The notes: generated by a model from the sequence alone, not told the origin. Counted from the stretch's first letter, positions 1 to 11,139 are shown. The stretch: 64,000 bases of DNA from an uncultured Methanosarcinaceae archaeon (GCA_963721455.1 CAVRJG010000039.1:128001-192000); one strand, 5' to 3'. Translations and numbers: made by a program.

Positions 1-152
1 ATATTGATCCGACCTTCATAAGGCTTGCTTTTGCAGTCCTTGCTCTGCAAGGAATCGGCATTGTCGTATATATTATCCTGGCAATAATCATGCCCTCGGA
101 AGAGAGCTTTGAGATGGTTCCCCGCACCCGGGGCAGCAATCTCCAGAGATGA
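1..152 (+). CDS. PspC-domain membrane protein, 3' end (partial)
   Basis: Frame from nt 3 reads IDPTFIRLAFAVLALQGIGIVVYIILAIIMP...LQR* (TGA 150-152), matching the PspC pattern IDPxxxRLxF...YIILAIIMP. Confidence 0.75.
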   Translation, partial: IDPTFIRLAFAVLALQGIGIVVYIILAIIMPSEESFEMVPRTRGSNLQR

Positions 153-576
153 GATTTAACCAGGCTGGAGAAAACGCCTGGACAAGCTGGCTGCAGCCGA
201 TTCCCCGGTGCATCCTTTATAGCCCGGACACAATCTTTCATAGCTGATATCTGTCTCCTGTTCAGGCAGAGGAAATGATAAAATCGTGGATTACGGACGA
301 AATTTTCATTTTTTTTCGGGGAATTATTTTTCGCAGTTTTCTATTTTTTCAGCGTTTAAATTTTAGTTTAGAGCTTCTACTGTTGTGGAATCAGAAACAG
401 CGTACCTTCTGGTAAAAGCCTGAAGTTATGCTAAAGAACCATTGCTGCAAGAAGGCCGAATAAAAATAAAAAGCATTGCTGAAAAACATGGAATTCTACA
501 GAAAAGGGACAAGCTTGCCAGAAAGAGAGTAAGAACAATTTGTTGAGGCTAATTAGAAGTAAGCAAAAGGATTAAG

Positions 577-651
577 CGGGCTCGAAGGGATTTGAACCCT
601 CGACGTCTGGGTTAGAAGCCCAGCGCTATATCCTGGCTAAGCCACGAGCCC
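577..651 (-). tRNA. tRNA-Arg(TCT)
   Basis: Reverse complement GGGCTCG...CGAGCCCG cloverleaf, anticodon arm CTGGG-CT TCT AA-CCCAG, T-loop GGTTCAAATCC. Confidence 0.95.
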
Positions 652-1004
652 AATTTGCTTTTCCTATTGCGGAATACGAAATGCGCGTTTTAAGATAAAA
701 ACTTTTTGTATGGATATGTTAATTGGAATTGTGAAAAATCTTAAAATATTTATATAGAAGCGGAATTGTAATATATATTCAGTATCTACCCGCTTATTCA
801 ACATTTTACTTAAAAATTTGCCAGTATGGAAACTTCCCCTGAGGCTTTGAATTTTTAAAACCCTGCGCAGAGCTTACATACTGTCAATGAATGAAAAAGT
901 AAATGGCCTATTGAAATTTGCATATTAAAAATTATATTTGATTGAAATTATCAAGAAAAAAGGTAAACTCTACAGGTAATAAGATTTCAGAGGATTGTTC
1001 GCAA

Positions 1005-1883
1005 ATGAGTGAGTTACTGATTTACTTGGATGGGAAATTTGTTCCCAAATCCGAAGCCAGGGTTTCGGTCTATGACCACGGTTTCCTCTATGGTGACGGT
1101 GTGTTTGAAGGTATAAGGGCCTACAACGGGCGTGTCTTTAAGTTAAAAGAGCATGTTGACAGGCTTTATGACTCGGCAAAAGCAATTGCAATGGATATCC
1201 CTTTTACAAAAGAAGAGATGAGTGAGATAATCCTTGAAACCCTCAGGAAAAACAATCTCAAAGACGCTTACATCCGCCCAATCGTTTCAAGAGGAGTTGG
1301 AGATCTCGGGCTTGACCCTCGGCACTGCGAAAAGCCCACCGTGGTTGTTATAGCTCAGGGCTGGGGAGCCATGTACGGCGACCTCTACGAAGTTGGGTTG
1401 AAAGGAGTCAGCGTTTGTATCCGGAGAAACGCGCCTGATGCCCTATCTCCGAATATCAAATCTCTGAACTATCTGAATAATATCCTGGCAAAGATTGAAG
1501 CAAACGAGAAAGGAGGAGACGAAGCCATTTTCCTGGACCAGAACGGTTTTGTTTGTGAGGGCTCCGGAGACAATATCTTCATAGTCAAGAACAATCAGGT
1601 CTTTACTCCCTTTACGATCAGCAATTTGAAAGGGATTACAAGAGCCACAGCCATCGAACTCCTGGATGAGATGGGATATAAGGTAATCGAAGCAAATCTC
1701 GGCCTATTTGACCTTTACACAGCAGATGAAATCTTTGTCACAGGTACCGCAGCCGAATCTGCCCCTCTGACCAAACTTGACGGAAGGCTCATAGGCACAG
1801 GCAAACCCGGGCCCCTGACAATGAAGATGGTTGAAGCCTTTGACAAAATAACCCAGAGCACGGGCACACCCATTTATAAATAA
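1005..1883 (+). CDS. ilvE: Branched-chain amino acid aminotransferase (PLP fold IV)
   Basis: [32 protein letters not shown] and [12 protein letters not shown] motifs; start moved to the ATG at 1005. Confidence 0.95.
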   Translation: MSELLIYLDGKFVPKSEARVSVYDHGFLYGDGVFEGIRAYNGRVFKLKEHVDRLYDSAKAIAMDIPFTKEEMSEIILETLRKNNLKDAYIRPIVSRGVGDLGLDPRHCEKPTVVVIAQGWGAMYGDLYEVGLKGVSVCIRRNAPDALSPNIKSLNYLNNILAKIEANEKGGDEAIFLDQNGFVCEGSGDNIFIVKNNQVFTPFTISNLKGITRATAIELLDEMGYKVIEANLGLFDLYTADEIFVTGTAAESAPLTKLDGRLIGTGKPGPLTMKMVEAFDKITQSTGTPIYK

Positions 1884-2240
1884 AAGGGCAGCCCTGAAGA
1901 ATGAAAGGAAAAAGCACGCAATAAAATCACGCGGGACTTTTCCCGCCCCGGTTCTTTTTTTGACCAGTGTTTTGGAGCAGCTCCTCTTTCAGCTTCCTTT
2001 TGAGCTTTTCCTTTAGCTTCTATTTGAGTTTCTACTAGCAGATTTCCTTCCTGCGGTCCGAGCAAAGCTGTTCCCATCAGGTTTGTTTCTCTTTGACAGC
2101 TTTTCTCGAATAGAGCCTGCTTTATGCTAACTGCCTACAGTATCTCCCCTCAAAGGAAAAAGTAAGTATAACACAGGCCGGGAAATGCTATTAAACTAAA
2201 AAATCCATCTGAAGGCCGGTAGAATTAGGGTTAGATTTCT

Positions 2241-4169
2241 ATGAAGCGCAAAGAGTTTCGGAAACTTGTCTCTGTGGAGAAAGCACAGGAAATAATAAAC
2301 AGCCTGCGGGTTATTCCTGGAAAGGAAGGCTCAGCCCTTGAAAACGCACACGGAAAAATCCTTGCAGAGGATATTGTTACCGAAATTAATGTTCCTCCTT
2401 TTCCAAGAGCTGTAATGGATGGTTATGCCGTCAGGGCAGAAGATACGTATACCTGCAGCGAAACCGAGCCTGTAAGGTTAAGGATGCTGGGGAATATCCC
2501 CGCAGGCTCGGATGCAAAATTCACGGTTTCTGCAGGGGAAGCCGTGGAAATAGCTACTGGAGCACCCATCCCCGAAGGCGCCGATTCTGTGGTCATGGTC
2601 GAATACAGCTCTGAAGAAGACGGAACCGTGTCGATTTACAGACCTGTAGCTATGGGAGAAAACATCATGAAAGCTGGTTCGGACATCCTGAAAGGAGAAC
2701 GTGTACTCAGGGCAGGACGGAAACTCGGAACCAGGGAAATCGGGGTGCTTGCTTCTGTCGGAAAAAACGAGGTCCCTATCCTTAAATTGCAGGTCGGGAT
2801 AATCTCAACAGGAGACGAACTTATGCGTCCCGGAGAAAAACTTGTTTCCGGGAAGGTATACGATGCCAATTCCTATACATTATACGCCGGGGTACAGGAG
2901 TGCGGAGCCTTCCCCCTGCTTTACGGGATTATAAAGGACAATGAGACGATCATGAAAAAGGCACTTGAAACTGCGGTTTCGGAATGTGCCCTGGTCCTGA
3001 CTTCTGGCAGCACATCATCCGGAGCCGGGGATGTGGTGTACAGGCTGATAGATGAAATAGGAGAAACCCTTGTCCACGGTATTAATATAAAACCCGGAAA
3101 ACCTGTGGTTATTGGCGTAATAAAAGGCGTCCCCATTATAGGGCTGCCTGGAAACCCCACATCCGCATTAATGATTTTTAACGAATTCGTAGCTCCCCTT
3201 CTCAGGAAAGCCCTTGGAGTCGAAACAGGGCTCAAAAAGGTAGAAAACGGAATTATGGGCACTGGTTTCCGTTCCGAAGGAAGACAGCAGCTCCTTCCGG
3301 TAGGCCTGATTCGGGGACGGGTGTATCCCGCAGATAGAGGTTCGGGTGCCATAACCTCCCTTTCAGGAGCAGATGGCTTTATCGAGATTCCGTCCAGTAC
3401 CGAATTTATTGAGGCAGGGACCCCTGTTGAAGTGACCCTTTTCGGAGAAGTTGAAAAACCCGACCTGCTGATAGCAGGCGGCTTCTGTCCAGGCCTTGAC
3501 CTGCTTGAAGACCTTAGCGGACTTCGCTTCAGGACACTTTATACTGGGTCAAGCGGGGGCTTCAGTGCAATTGCCGCAAACACAGCCGATATTGCAGGTG
3601 TGAATATGCCTTCAATATATCCCGGAGAGCAGGCTGGCATTCTGTACAATACCCCGACAATCGAGAATATGAGGCTTTCAGATGTTGTACTTGTCAAAGG
3701 ATACAGGCGGGAAGTAGGGCTTCTTGTCAGGCAGGACAGCCCGATTTCAGGGCTTTCGGATCTTCCAGGCAAACGCCTGATTAACCGGAACCTCGGTTCG
3801 GGCACAAGAGCTCTTTTTGATCTGAAAATTGCAGAACTCGCAGGTAAAAAGGGAATTAGCAAAAAGGATTTCACGGATTTTATACCCGGATATGCATCTG
3901 GAGCAAAATCGGAGGTTGCGATCTGTGAAACAGTTGCCTCAGGAAAGGCCGATGCAGGAGTAGGAATAAGAAATTGTGCCGAAAAGAGCGGCCTTAAATT
4001 CATAAAATTTGCAGAGGAAGAGTATGATTTCCTTATAAGGAGAGAAGTGCTGGAAACTCCCGAAGTCCGCCAGTTCCTCAAAATTCTTAATTCCGACGAA
4101 TTCGCTTCAAAGCTCCAGGCAGGGCTTCAGGTGTATGAGAGGACAGGAGAGATGATTTCCTTTGAATAA
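2241..4169 (+). CDS. moeA: Molybdopterin biosynthesis MoeA fused to a C-terminal PBP (molybdate-binding-like) domain
   Basis: PPFPRAVMDGYA, IATGAPIP, STGDEL, KPGKP and GLPGNP motifs; C-terminal INRNLGSGTR...EEEYD. Confidence 0.9.
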   Translation: MKRKEFRKLVSVEKAQEIINSLRVIPGKEGSALENAHGKILAEDIVTEINVPPFPRAVMDGYAVRAEDTYTCSETEPVRLRMLGNIPAGSDAKFTVSAGEAVEIATGAPIPEGADSVVMVEYSSEEDGTVSIYRPVAMGENIMKAGSDILKGERVLRAGRKLGTREIGVLASVGKNEVPILKLQVGIISTGDELMRPGEKLVSGKVYDANSYTLYAGVQECGAFPLLYGIIKDNETIMKKALETAVSECALVLTSGSTSSGAGDVVYRLIDEIGETLVHGINIKPGKPVVIGVIKGVPIIGLPGNPTSALMIFNEFVAPLLRKALGVETGLKKVENGIMGTGFRSEGRQQLLPVGLIRGRVYPADRGSGAITSLSGADGFIEIPSSTEFIEAGTPVEVTLFGEVEKPDLLIAGGFCPGLDLLEDLSGLRFRTLYTGSSGGFSAIAANTADIAGVNMPSIYPGEQAGILYNTPTIENMRLSDVVLVKGYRREVGLLVRQDSPISGLSDLPGKRLINRNLGSGTRALFDLKIAELAGKKGISKKDFTDFIPGYASGAKSEVAICETVASGKADAGVGIRNCAEKSGLKFIKFAEEEYDFLIRREVLETPEVRQFLKILNSDEFASKLQAGLQVYERTGEMISFE

Positions 4170-4464
4170 GGCTTTCTTTATGAATATTTATTAGAACCGT
4201 ACCTTTCAATAAGCCTTAAATATTATTACTGTCAATATTATACTTATTAAGAGATACAAATGAACCCGAATATCCTTACCATTCAGAACCAGTAAATAAA
4301 ACCATTCCATAGGTATATATATTTCATTCAACTATTCAGGATAAAATATCCAGATAACGGATCTGTTTTAGATCAAAAAGGTTTGTAGAGACCGTATGGA
4401 TGCGGTTTATTTTTTCAAGTAATATGAAAATCATTTATTCAGTCCCGAAATCGGCAGGTTCCAG

Positions 4465-5559
4465 ATGAGCAGTATACAGGAGCAAATCCAGGAAGTAGAA
4501 GACGAAATCCGAAAGACCCAGTACAACAAGGCAACTTCCCACCACATAGGCAGGCTGAAAGCCAAGATAGCCCGTATGAGGGATGAAGTAGAAAAGAAAT
4601 CCTCGGCAAAAAGCGGAGGGGAAGGGTACTCGGTAAGAAAATCCGGAGATGGAACCGTAACCCTCGTGGGTTTTCCATCAGTAGGGAAATCTACACTTCT
4701 GAACAAGCTCACGGATGCCAAGTCAGAAGTAGGGGCATATGATTTCACGACTCTTACAGTTATCCCTGGAGTGCTCGACCACAAAGGAGCGACAATCCAG
4801 TTCCTTGACGTGCCAGGGCTTGTGAAAGGTGCATCTTCAGGGCGTGGGCGCGGAAAAGAAGTCATATCGGTTGTCCGGAACTCGGACATGGTTGTATTTT
4901 TGCTTGATGTCTTCCAGCCCAAACATTACGAAGTACTTATGGACGAACTTTACCAGGCAGGGATCCGAGTGGATGAAGGGGCTCCTGATGTGGTAATCAA
5001 GAAAAAAGACAGGGGTGGAATAGAGATCAACTCAACCATTGACCTTGACCTGGACGATGAAACTATCAAGGCTGTGCTGGATGAGTACAAGATCCATAAT
5101 GCCAGCGTACTTATAAGGGAAAATATAACAGTTGACCAGCTTATTGACGTTGTCCTGAACAACCGCAGTTATGTCAGGTCACTTATAGCCATTAATAAGG
5201 TTGACCTTGCCTATCCGCAGCTGATCGAAGAATGCAGGAAAATATACCCGGACTCACTCTTCATTTCAGCCCACAAAGGTATCAACATTGAAACCCTCAA
5301 AGACTCTATTTACGACCGGCTGGGTTTCATTCGGGTTTACTTAAAGCCGCAGGGCCAGGCCGCAGATATGGAAGAGCCCCTGATAGTTATGAGCGGAACC
5401 AGTATAGGCCAGATCTGTGACCGTCTGCACCGGGATTTCCGCAGAAAATTCCGCTATGCCCATGTATGGGGTACATCCGCAAAACATCCCGGGCAGCGAG
5501 TTGGTCTTGAACACAGAATGCAGGATGAAGATATTCTTACAGTTATCATTCAGAAGTAA
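4465..5559 (+). CDS. DRG-family (OBG superfamily) GTP-binding protein with TGS domain
   Basis: GFPSVGKS, YDFTT, DVPG, GRGRG and NKVD motifs; C-terminal WGTSAKHPGQRVG. Confidence 0.92.
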   Translation: MSSIQEQIQEVEDEIRKTQYNKATSHHIGRLKAKIARMRDEVEKKSSAKSGGEGYSVRKSGDGTVTLVGFPSVGKSTLLNKLTDAKSEVGAYDFTTLTVIPGVLDHKGATIQFLDVPGLVKGASSGRGRGKEVISVVRNSDMVVFLLDVFQPKHYEVLMDELYQAGIRVDEGAPDVVIKKKDRGGIEINSTIDLDLDDETIKAVLDEYKIHNASVLIRENITVDQLIDVVLNNRSYVRSLIAINKVDLAYPQLIEECRKIYPDSLFISAHKGINIETLKDSIYDRLGFIRVYLKPQGQAADMEEPLIVMSGTSIGQICDRLHRDFRRKFRYAHVWGTSAKHPGQRVGLEHRMQDEDILTVIIQK

Positions 5560-5622
5560 AAGAAAATCCGGGAAACGAAAAAGAAAAATCCGAACCTTTC
5601 GCATCCCGCACTTTTTTCGGAT

Positions 5623-7728
5623 TTATGCGCTCTCAAAGGCATTTATTGTCTCAGAGGCATTTGAGAAAACACTTCTCTCACTGTCATTTTCGGAATCAAT
5701 GGAGCTACTGGCTTCGACTTCCTCCTCAAACTCAGCAGCACATTCAGCCGGGCTTTTCCTGGGAGTGGTTTCAGGTATTTTCCTGGAAATCTCGATTTTT
5801 CCGGCAGCTTCGAGACCGTACCTTTCTTTTGCAGCTTCAATGATGGCTGCAAGCATTTCGGAGTAAGAAATATCAGCGTAAGCTGCCATCTTTGCCAGGT
5901 GCCCGTCCCAGCACCAGCCTGGGTTAGGGTTTACTTCAAGGAGCCTGGGTTTTCCTTCAGCGTCAAGCCTCCAGTCAAAACGAGCATAATCCCGGCAGCC
6001 CAGCCTGCTGAAAAGAGCAAGACAACATTTCACAATTTCCGTTTGGGTCTTTTCCGGGAGATCTGCAGGCACAGATTTGATCTTCCAGTAAGGAGAATCC
6101 GGAAGCCATTTGGCCTCATAGCCACAGATCTTTGGAAGTTCGTCAGGAACTGCCGAGTAATCTTCCTCCGTGATAGGCAGTACGGTATATGCAGGCGGGT
6201 TTCCGATAATGCCAACACTGATATCTTTTCCAGGAAGGAATTCTTCCAGCAGAAAAGGCTTATCTGACCCTATTTTTTCCCGGGTTTCAGCCAGAATTTC
6301 GAGAAGCTCCTCCAGGCTGTGGACGATACTTTTCTGTGTGATTCCAAAACTCGAGTCCCCTGAGTTAGGCTTTATAAGTAAGGGAAAAGAAAGCTTTGTA
6401 AGGTCAGAGTCCCCGATCACAAGCGTTCCCTTTGCGACAGGAATTCGCATCTCTCTGGCAACTCCCCTTACAATGGACTTGTCATAACAGAAAGCAAGGC
6501 ATTGAGGGCCTGCTCCTGTATAAGGGATATTGAGCTGTTCAAGCAAGGCCGGAACATGAAGTTCTTTTGTGGGATCATTGTAAAAGCCCTCATCACAGAG
6601 GTTAAGTACAAGATCGATTTTTCCTGCCTTCTTCTTCAGATCATCAATCAGCGTTTCATGCCTGTCAAAGAAAGTAAATCTCATGAAAGGAATCTCTGAA
6701 AGTGCCTTTTTCATTTTCTCAAGCGTGTCGAAATCATCGTCGTCGAACACACAGGCAGGCTTGACCTGGTCTTCTTTTCTCGGATCTCCCAGCACGACTG
6801 CAATGTTCATGGGTTTTTTATTTTCAGCTGCCTGAAGAGAAGAAGACCAGGGTTTTTCAACAGAGGCAGAGAGCAGGATTCTCTGTTCCATCATGCCTGC
6901 GTCCTGAGTGCCTGCGGATACAGGACTGAAGGTTGTATGAAAAGTGGGACTGCTAAAGCCTGACGCAGTAAGCAGCTCAAAAAGGCTTTCCTTATTGTAT
7001 AACCTCTCAGCATAAAACTGATCTGCAATTATCCCCCTGTCAATGCGGCTTATCACTTCCCTGCAAATTAGCCTGTCTCCATCTGCTGAAAGAGCCCTTT
7101 CCCTGCAGACAAAGTACTTTCTGTCCAGCCACTCCCATGACCTGGGCTGGAAACTCTTTTTCATATGATCTCCGTCTACGGCATCAATGAAAACTCTACC
7201 CTCGGGCTTCAGAACTCTGAAAATTTCTTCAAGAACTTTTCGATCCTGGAGAGTTGAATCAAAGTACCCAAAACTGTTGCCCATGATAGTAACTACATCA
7301 AAAGTATCAGAAGGATAGGGAAGCTTTCTTGCGTCCCCCTCTCTGAACCTGACCTGCAGGTTTTCCTTCTGTGCTCTGGTCCTGGCTTTCCTGATAAGGT
7401 ACTGGGACCTATCATACCCCTCTACGTTTGAAAACCCTCTTCTTGCCAGCTCAAGTACGTGTCTTCCCTGTCCGCAACAGAGATCAAGGATTTTGTCTTC
7501 AGGAGCCACCCCCAAAATGGAAACAATGAGATCGACCTCTTTCCTGGTTACCTCCAAATCATCCAGAAGATCGGCATCGGTCTTAAGATAAAGTGAGTTA
7601 AAAAGAGTCTGCCACCAGTCGGACCGGACATGAGTTTCAAGGTCTTCAACAGGCCCGAAGGTTTTCTTCTGTACAGCACCCTTAGCGCGTTTGCGCTTGT
7701 TATTTGTATCTGTATTATTCTGGGTCAT
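5623..7728 (-). CDS. Class I SAM methyltransferase fused to a D-Ala-D-Ala-ligase-family ATP-grasp domain
   Basis: N-half ILDLCCGQGRH, GDARKLPY; C-half PYTGAG, DKS, KPNSGDSSFGI, EEFLPG, YARFDWR, LEVNPNPG; likely start ATG 7728. Confidence 0.85.
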   Translation of the reverse strand: MTQNNTDTNNKRKRAKGAVQKKTFGPVEDLETHVRSDWWQTLFNSLYLKTDADLLDDLEVTRKEVDLIVSILGVAPEDKILDLCCGQGRHVLELARRGFSNVEGYDRSQYLIRKARTRAQKENLQVRFREGDARKLPYPSDTFDVVTIMGNSFGYFDSTLQDRKVLEEIFRVLKPEGRVFIDAVDGDHMKKSFQPRSWEWLDRKYFVCRERALSADGDRLICREVISRIDRGIIADQFYAERLYNKESLFELLTASGFSSPTFHTTFSPVSAGTQDAGMMEQRILLSASVEKPWSSSLQAAENKKPMNIAVVLGDPRKEDQVKPACVFDDDDFDTLEKMKKALSEIPFMRFTFFDRHETLIDDLKKKAGKIDLVLNLCDEGFYNDPTKELHVPALLEQLNIPYTGAGPQCLAFCYDKSIVRGVAREMRIPVAKGTLVIGDSDLTKLSFPLLIKPNSGDSSFGITQKSIVHSLEELLEILAETREKIGSDKPFLLEEFLPGKDISVGIIGNPPAYTVLPITEEDYSAVPDELPKICGYEAKWLPDSPYWKIKSVPADLPEKTQTEIVKCCLALFSRLGCRDYARFDWRLDAEGKPRLLEVNPNPGWCWDGHLAKMAAYADISYSEMLAAIIEAAKERYGLEAAGKIEISRKIPETTPRKSPAECAAEFEEEVEASSSIDSENDSERSVFSNASETINAFESA

Positions 7729-7917
7729 GATCTTATATCTTCCAGAAAAAAGTGTATGTGCTTTGAGTATATCAAGTTTATCAGAGGGTTGGGAGCCTTT
7801 TATATACCCTTGAAGAAAGAGAGTAAACTTATTTAGGGATAATAGAGCTTTAAATTGAGTTTTAAGCAGCAATAAGCCGCCCAAGCCAGTTCAAAGAGAA
7901 TATATTACTTTTAAGAG

Positions 7918-9189
7918 TTAAAGAAAAATAAAATAGATAATAGCATCTAAAAACGTTATTAAAGCTCCAATTCGGAAGAATTCAGCAAAAGAAAGGGTTT
8001 CCCCCTCTTTTTCTGCGTTCTGGATAATTATAACGTTGCTTGCAGCCCCCAGGATTAACAGGTTACCCGCAATTGTACTTCCCGCAGCAAGCGCCATCAG
8101 CTGCCCCTGAGAAACTCCACTGCCCATAGCAGGCAGGTAGAGCGCAACAAATGGGACATTAGAAATAAGCTGACTGAGTCCAACGCTGAGGCCCAGGATC
8201 ATTGGCACCGAGCCTAACTGCGGAGACATCCTGCCAAGCAGTTCCTGGCATGTCCCGGAAATCCACACGCTTTCCATCAGCACAAACATCGAAACGAAAA
8301 AAACCAGAGTTGCCCAGTCAATATTTCTCAGAATCTCAATGCGTTTTCTACTGAGCAAGACAGGCGATGCGGAGAAAAGAGCAAGCCAGCTCAGACTGAA
8401 GTCCCAGGCAGGCAAAAATTCCACAAGAAAGACCTTACAGGCTATAAGAATTAGCATAAGGGAGAGAGCCATTTTTGCAACCCTGGCCAGTTCAGGATCG
8501 GTAATGATTTCTTCAGAATGGATCAGGGCTGATTTTCCGAATTCCTGCCAGAAAAAGAGTCTCAGAACGGCATAAGCAATTATGAGGCATATAAAAGTTG
8601 GCAGAGCGAGTGAACGCAAAAAAGTTACAAAAGGAGCATCCAGGTTTCCATCGACTGCTATGAGAAGGTTCTGAGGGTTTCCTATAGGGCTCATAACGCT
8701 TCCGGTAGTTACGCCGAAAGCCAGCGCAAAGAGCATGAGCTTGGGGGAGATATCGTACTTTCTGGAAAAACTCAGGACTAATGGAGTGCCCATAATTGCC
8801 AGGGTATCGTTCATAAGGATTGCAGAAAGAATTCCCGTAGAAAAGAGTACGAGCAAAACAAGTTGATCCGTATTCTTCGCCCTGGAAACTATCCGGCTTC
8901 CGAGCCAGGCAAGATACCCGCTCCTGTTAAGCGCCTCTCCCACGCAAAAAGCCCCGAAAAGGAAAATGAGTACGTCAGTGTTAATTGCCCCCAGAGCTTC
9001 TTCAGGCGAAATCTCGCCGAGCAATAGTACCGATATAGCTCCTAATGTCATGACCTGCCAGATCTGCAGTCTCAAAGACCCGACCTGCCTGAGAGCGGTC
9101 AGTACAAAGACGCCCAGAAGGATAAGTACTGAAAGGTCAGGTAAAGGTACGAGAAAAGACATTATAGACTCTGTTGCCATAGAACTCAT
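7918..9189 (-). CDS. ArsB/NhaD/CitM-type anion transporter
   Basis: Many TM helices; NDT, SPIGNPQN, SNVP and GNLLILGAASN motifs. Confidence 0.85.
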   Translation of the reverse strand: MSSMATESIMSFLVPLPDLSVLILLGVFVLTALRQVGSLRLQIWQVMTLGAISVLLLGEISPEEALGAINTDVLIFLFGAFCVGEALNRSGYLAWLGSRIVSRAKNTDQLVLLVLFSTGILSAILMNDTLAIMGTPLVLSFSRKYDISPKLMLFALAFGVTTGSVMSPIGNPQNLLIAVDGNLDAPFVTFLRSLALPTFICLIIAYAVLRLFFWQEFGKSALIHSEEIITDPELARVAKMALSLMLILIACKVFLVEFLPAWDFSLSWLALFSASPVLLSRKRIEILRNIDWATLVFFVSMFVLMESVWISGTCQELLGRMSPQLGSVPMILGLSVGLSQLISNVPFVALYLPAMGSGVSQGQLMALAAGSTIAGNLLILGAASNVIIIQNAEKEGETLSFAEFFRIGALITFLDAIIYFIFL

Positions 9190-9333
9190 AAACCTTATAA
9201 GATAAATTTAGAATGTGATACCTGCGCAAGTATAAAATTCCTGCGCTTCAGGAGATATTTTCCAGAGAAAAGAAGCTCTGGAGAATATGGAAAGTGCGAA
9301 ACCCTTAAAATGGACTGAATGATATTTTAAAGT

Positions 9334-9525
9334 GTGACAATATGGTTTCCTTTTTCTGCAACTATCCTTCAGGAAGGGAATTTCTATGTTTCAATCTGCC
9401 CTGAAGCTGATGTAATTTGCAAGGGAAAGACTGTTGAAGAAGCCATTGAAAACCTGAAAAGAGAGGTCGAAAAATTCCTGGGAGAAGAGCTGCCCCAGGG
9501 GTTTTCGAAAATTGTGTATTATTAG
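9334..9525 (+). CDS. Small HicB-like (RNase H fold) protein
   Basis: YVSICPEADVICKGKTVEEAIENLKREVEKFL resembles the HicB N-terminal consensus. Confidence 0.6.
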   Translation: MTIWFPFSATILQEGNFYVSICPEADVICKGKTVEEAIENLKREVEKFLGEELPQGFSKIVYY

Positions 9526-9572
9526 ATGCCGCCAATGCAGTGGTCTGGGAAACAAAAAATTGATTAAAAGCC

Positions 9573-10700
9573 TCAAAACCGTTTTTTTATTGCATCCCAG
9601 AGCATTTCCATTTTTTCAAATGGTGTATTCAGAGGGATTTCACATCCTGTAGTCAGGATAAAACCTTTTTTGGAAGCTGCGTTGAGGCAGCTTTTGACCT
9701 CGTGCTCAATCTCAACCATGGAACCGACAAGAGGCGCATCCGGAATTATGTTTCCCATAAGGCAGATGCCGGCATCGGAAAATTCTTTAAATTCGTTAAA
9801 ACAGTGTCGAGAGCTGCACCCGATATTTTTATGGTTGTGAAGCTTCTTGCATTCGACTCCGTATTTATTTTCGAGAGCCCGGACATTGCCAAAGGCGAAA
9901 TTCAGCGCATTGGGCTTGAGTTTTAATTCCAGGTCATAGAAGGCCTGGGCTGCACAGTTGTGGGAAATTACATATCCCCCTCGGGCTTTTATGTGCTCAT
10001 ATAACTCCTTTGTATAGGGCAGCATGAATTCCTCTGCCATCTGCCGGCTGAAAAGGTCGCCTGTATTTTCGCCGTTTTCAACGAAAATGCCGTCAACTCC
10101 TGCCTCAAGCAAGACATCGGCAAAATAGGTGCAGCTTTCAGTAAGTTTTTCCAGCAGGGAGTGAAAATTATCTCTGTCCTTCAGCATGTCAATGCAGAGC
10201 CTGCTCCCTCCCATAACCTGGGATGCAAGCATTAGAGGAGACATAGCCGCCCCGAGGATGAAGGTTTCATCCCCTATTTCCTTTTTAAGGATTTCAACCG
10301 AGCCTGCAACACTTTTTACCCTCTCAGAACGCTCGATATCTCCGGGATTTATCTGCTCGTGCTCAGCCGCAGATTTCAAGGCATATTTTGCAACTGCAGG
10401 ATATGCATTTTCCTTGATACTCACCTTTGTTCCCAGGGCTTCAGCTTCGACAAGCAGGCAGCCCCAGGGAGACATCACATTGTCGTGGTGGTACATCTCC
10501 CTGGCAAGAATCTGAGCTTTTGCAATACCTTCTGCAGAACAATAGACATCTTTGAGACTTGCGCCCATCCTTTCCAGAACTGCATGGCCGGCTCCGAACC
10601 AAAGATAACCGTAGGGGACCCGGTCAACATCCTTTTGCTCAAGCGCGTTAATGAAACGTTCCCTTGAGGTCATTTCCGCTTCCATATTAGATATCTCCAT
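9573..10700 (-). CDS. Uroporphyrinogen decarboxylase / MtaA-CmuA-family methyltransferase
   Basis: MTSRERF, VEAEALG, HNC (H-x-C Zn motif), LMGNI, GCEIPLNTP. Confidence 0.85.
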   Translation of the reverse strand: MEISNMEAEMTSRERFINALEQKDVDRVPYGYLWFGAGHAVLERMGASLKDVYCSAEGIAKAQILAREMYHHDNVMSPWGCLLVEAEALGTKVSIKENAYPAVAKYALKSAAEHEQINPGDIERSERVKSVAGSVEILKKEIGDETFILGAAMSPLMLASQVMGGSRLCIDMLKDRDNFHSLLEKLTESCTYFADVLLEAGVDGIFVENGENTGDLFSRQMAEEFMLPYTKELYEHIKARGGYVISHNCAAQAFYDLELKLKPNALNFAFGNVRALENKYGVECKKLHNHKNIGCSSRHCFNEFKEFSDAGICLMGNIIPDAPLVGSMVEIEHEVKSCLNAASKKGFILTTGCEIPLNTPFEKMEMLWDAIKKRF

Positions 10701-11139
10701 TTTTAAGCTTCCAGAGATTAATATAAAAGTAGTTGTATAAATACTGGCCAGAATAAAGGCTGAAAAAATTTCATTTTATTCTAAAAACTGCTCAAGCTAA
10801 AGTAAAATAATGTAAATAAAAAAGATGTAAGGGAAGAAAATTCTTCAACTACCCACTGTAACTCTGGAGAGGAATACTACGATCCTGCATTATCTGAATT
10901 CACCAGGCATCAGATAGCGGCTTTTGCACAAAGGCCGATACATGATAATAGGCTTGTACGGCTAAATAATGCAGGCGTGCTTGCATCAGACGAGTGAAAG
11001 TACCTCGTTAGGAATGTAGACTTTGCCTGTTATCGGAGCGTAGACAACTATGCCTTTGAGCTCATGAGTTGAGCCATCCTTGATAAAGCGTGCTAGAAGG
11101 ATTAAAAAAGTAAAATACAGTAGACGCACATCAAAAGAA

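Noticed and set aside
10846-11100. More GC-rich, coding-like stretch
   Set aside because: No recognisable motif, and stops in the frames examined; cannot be assigned
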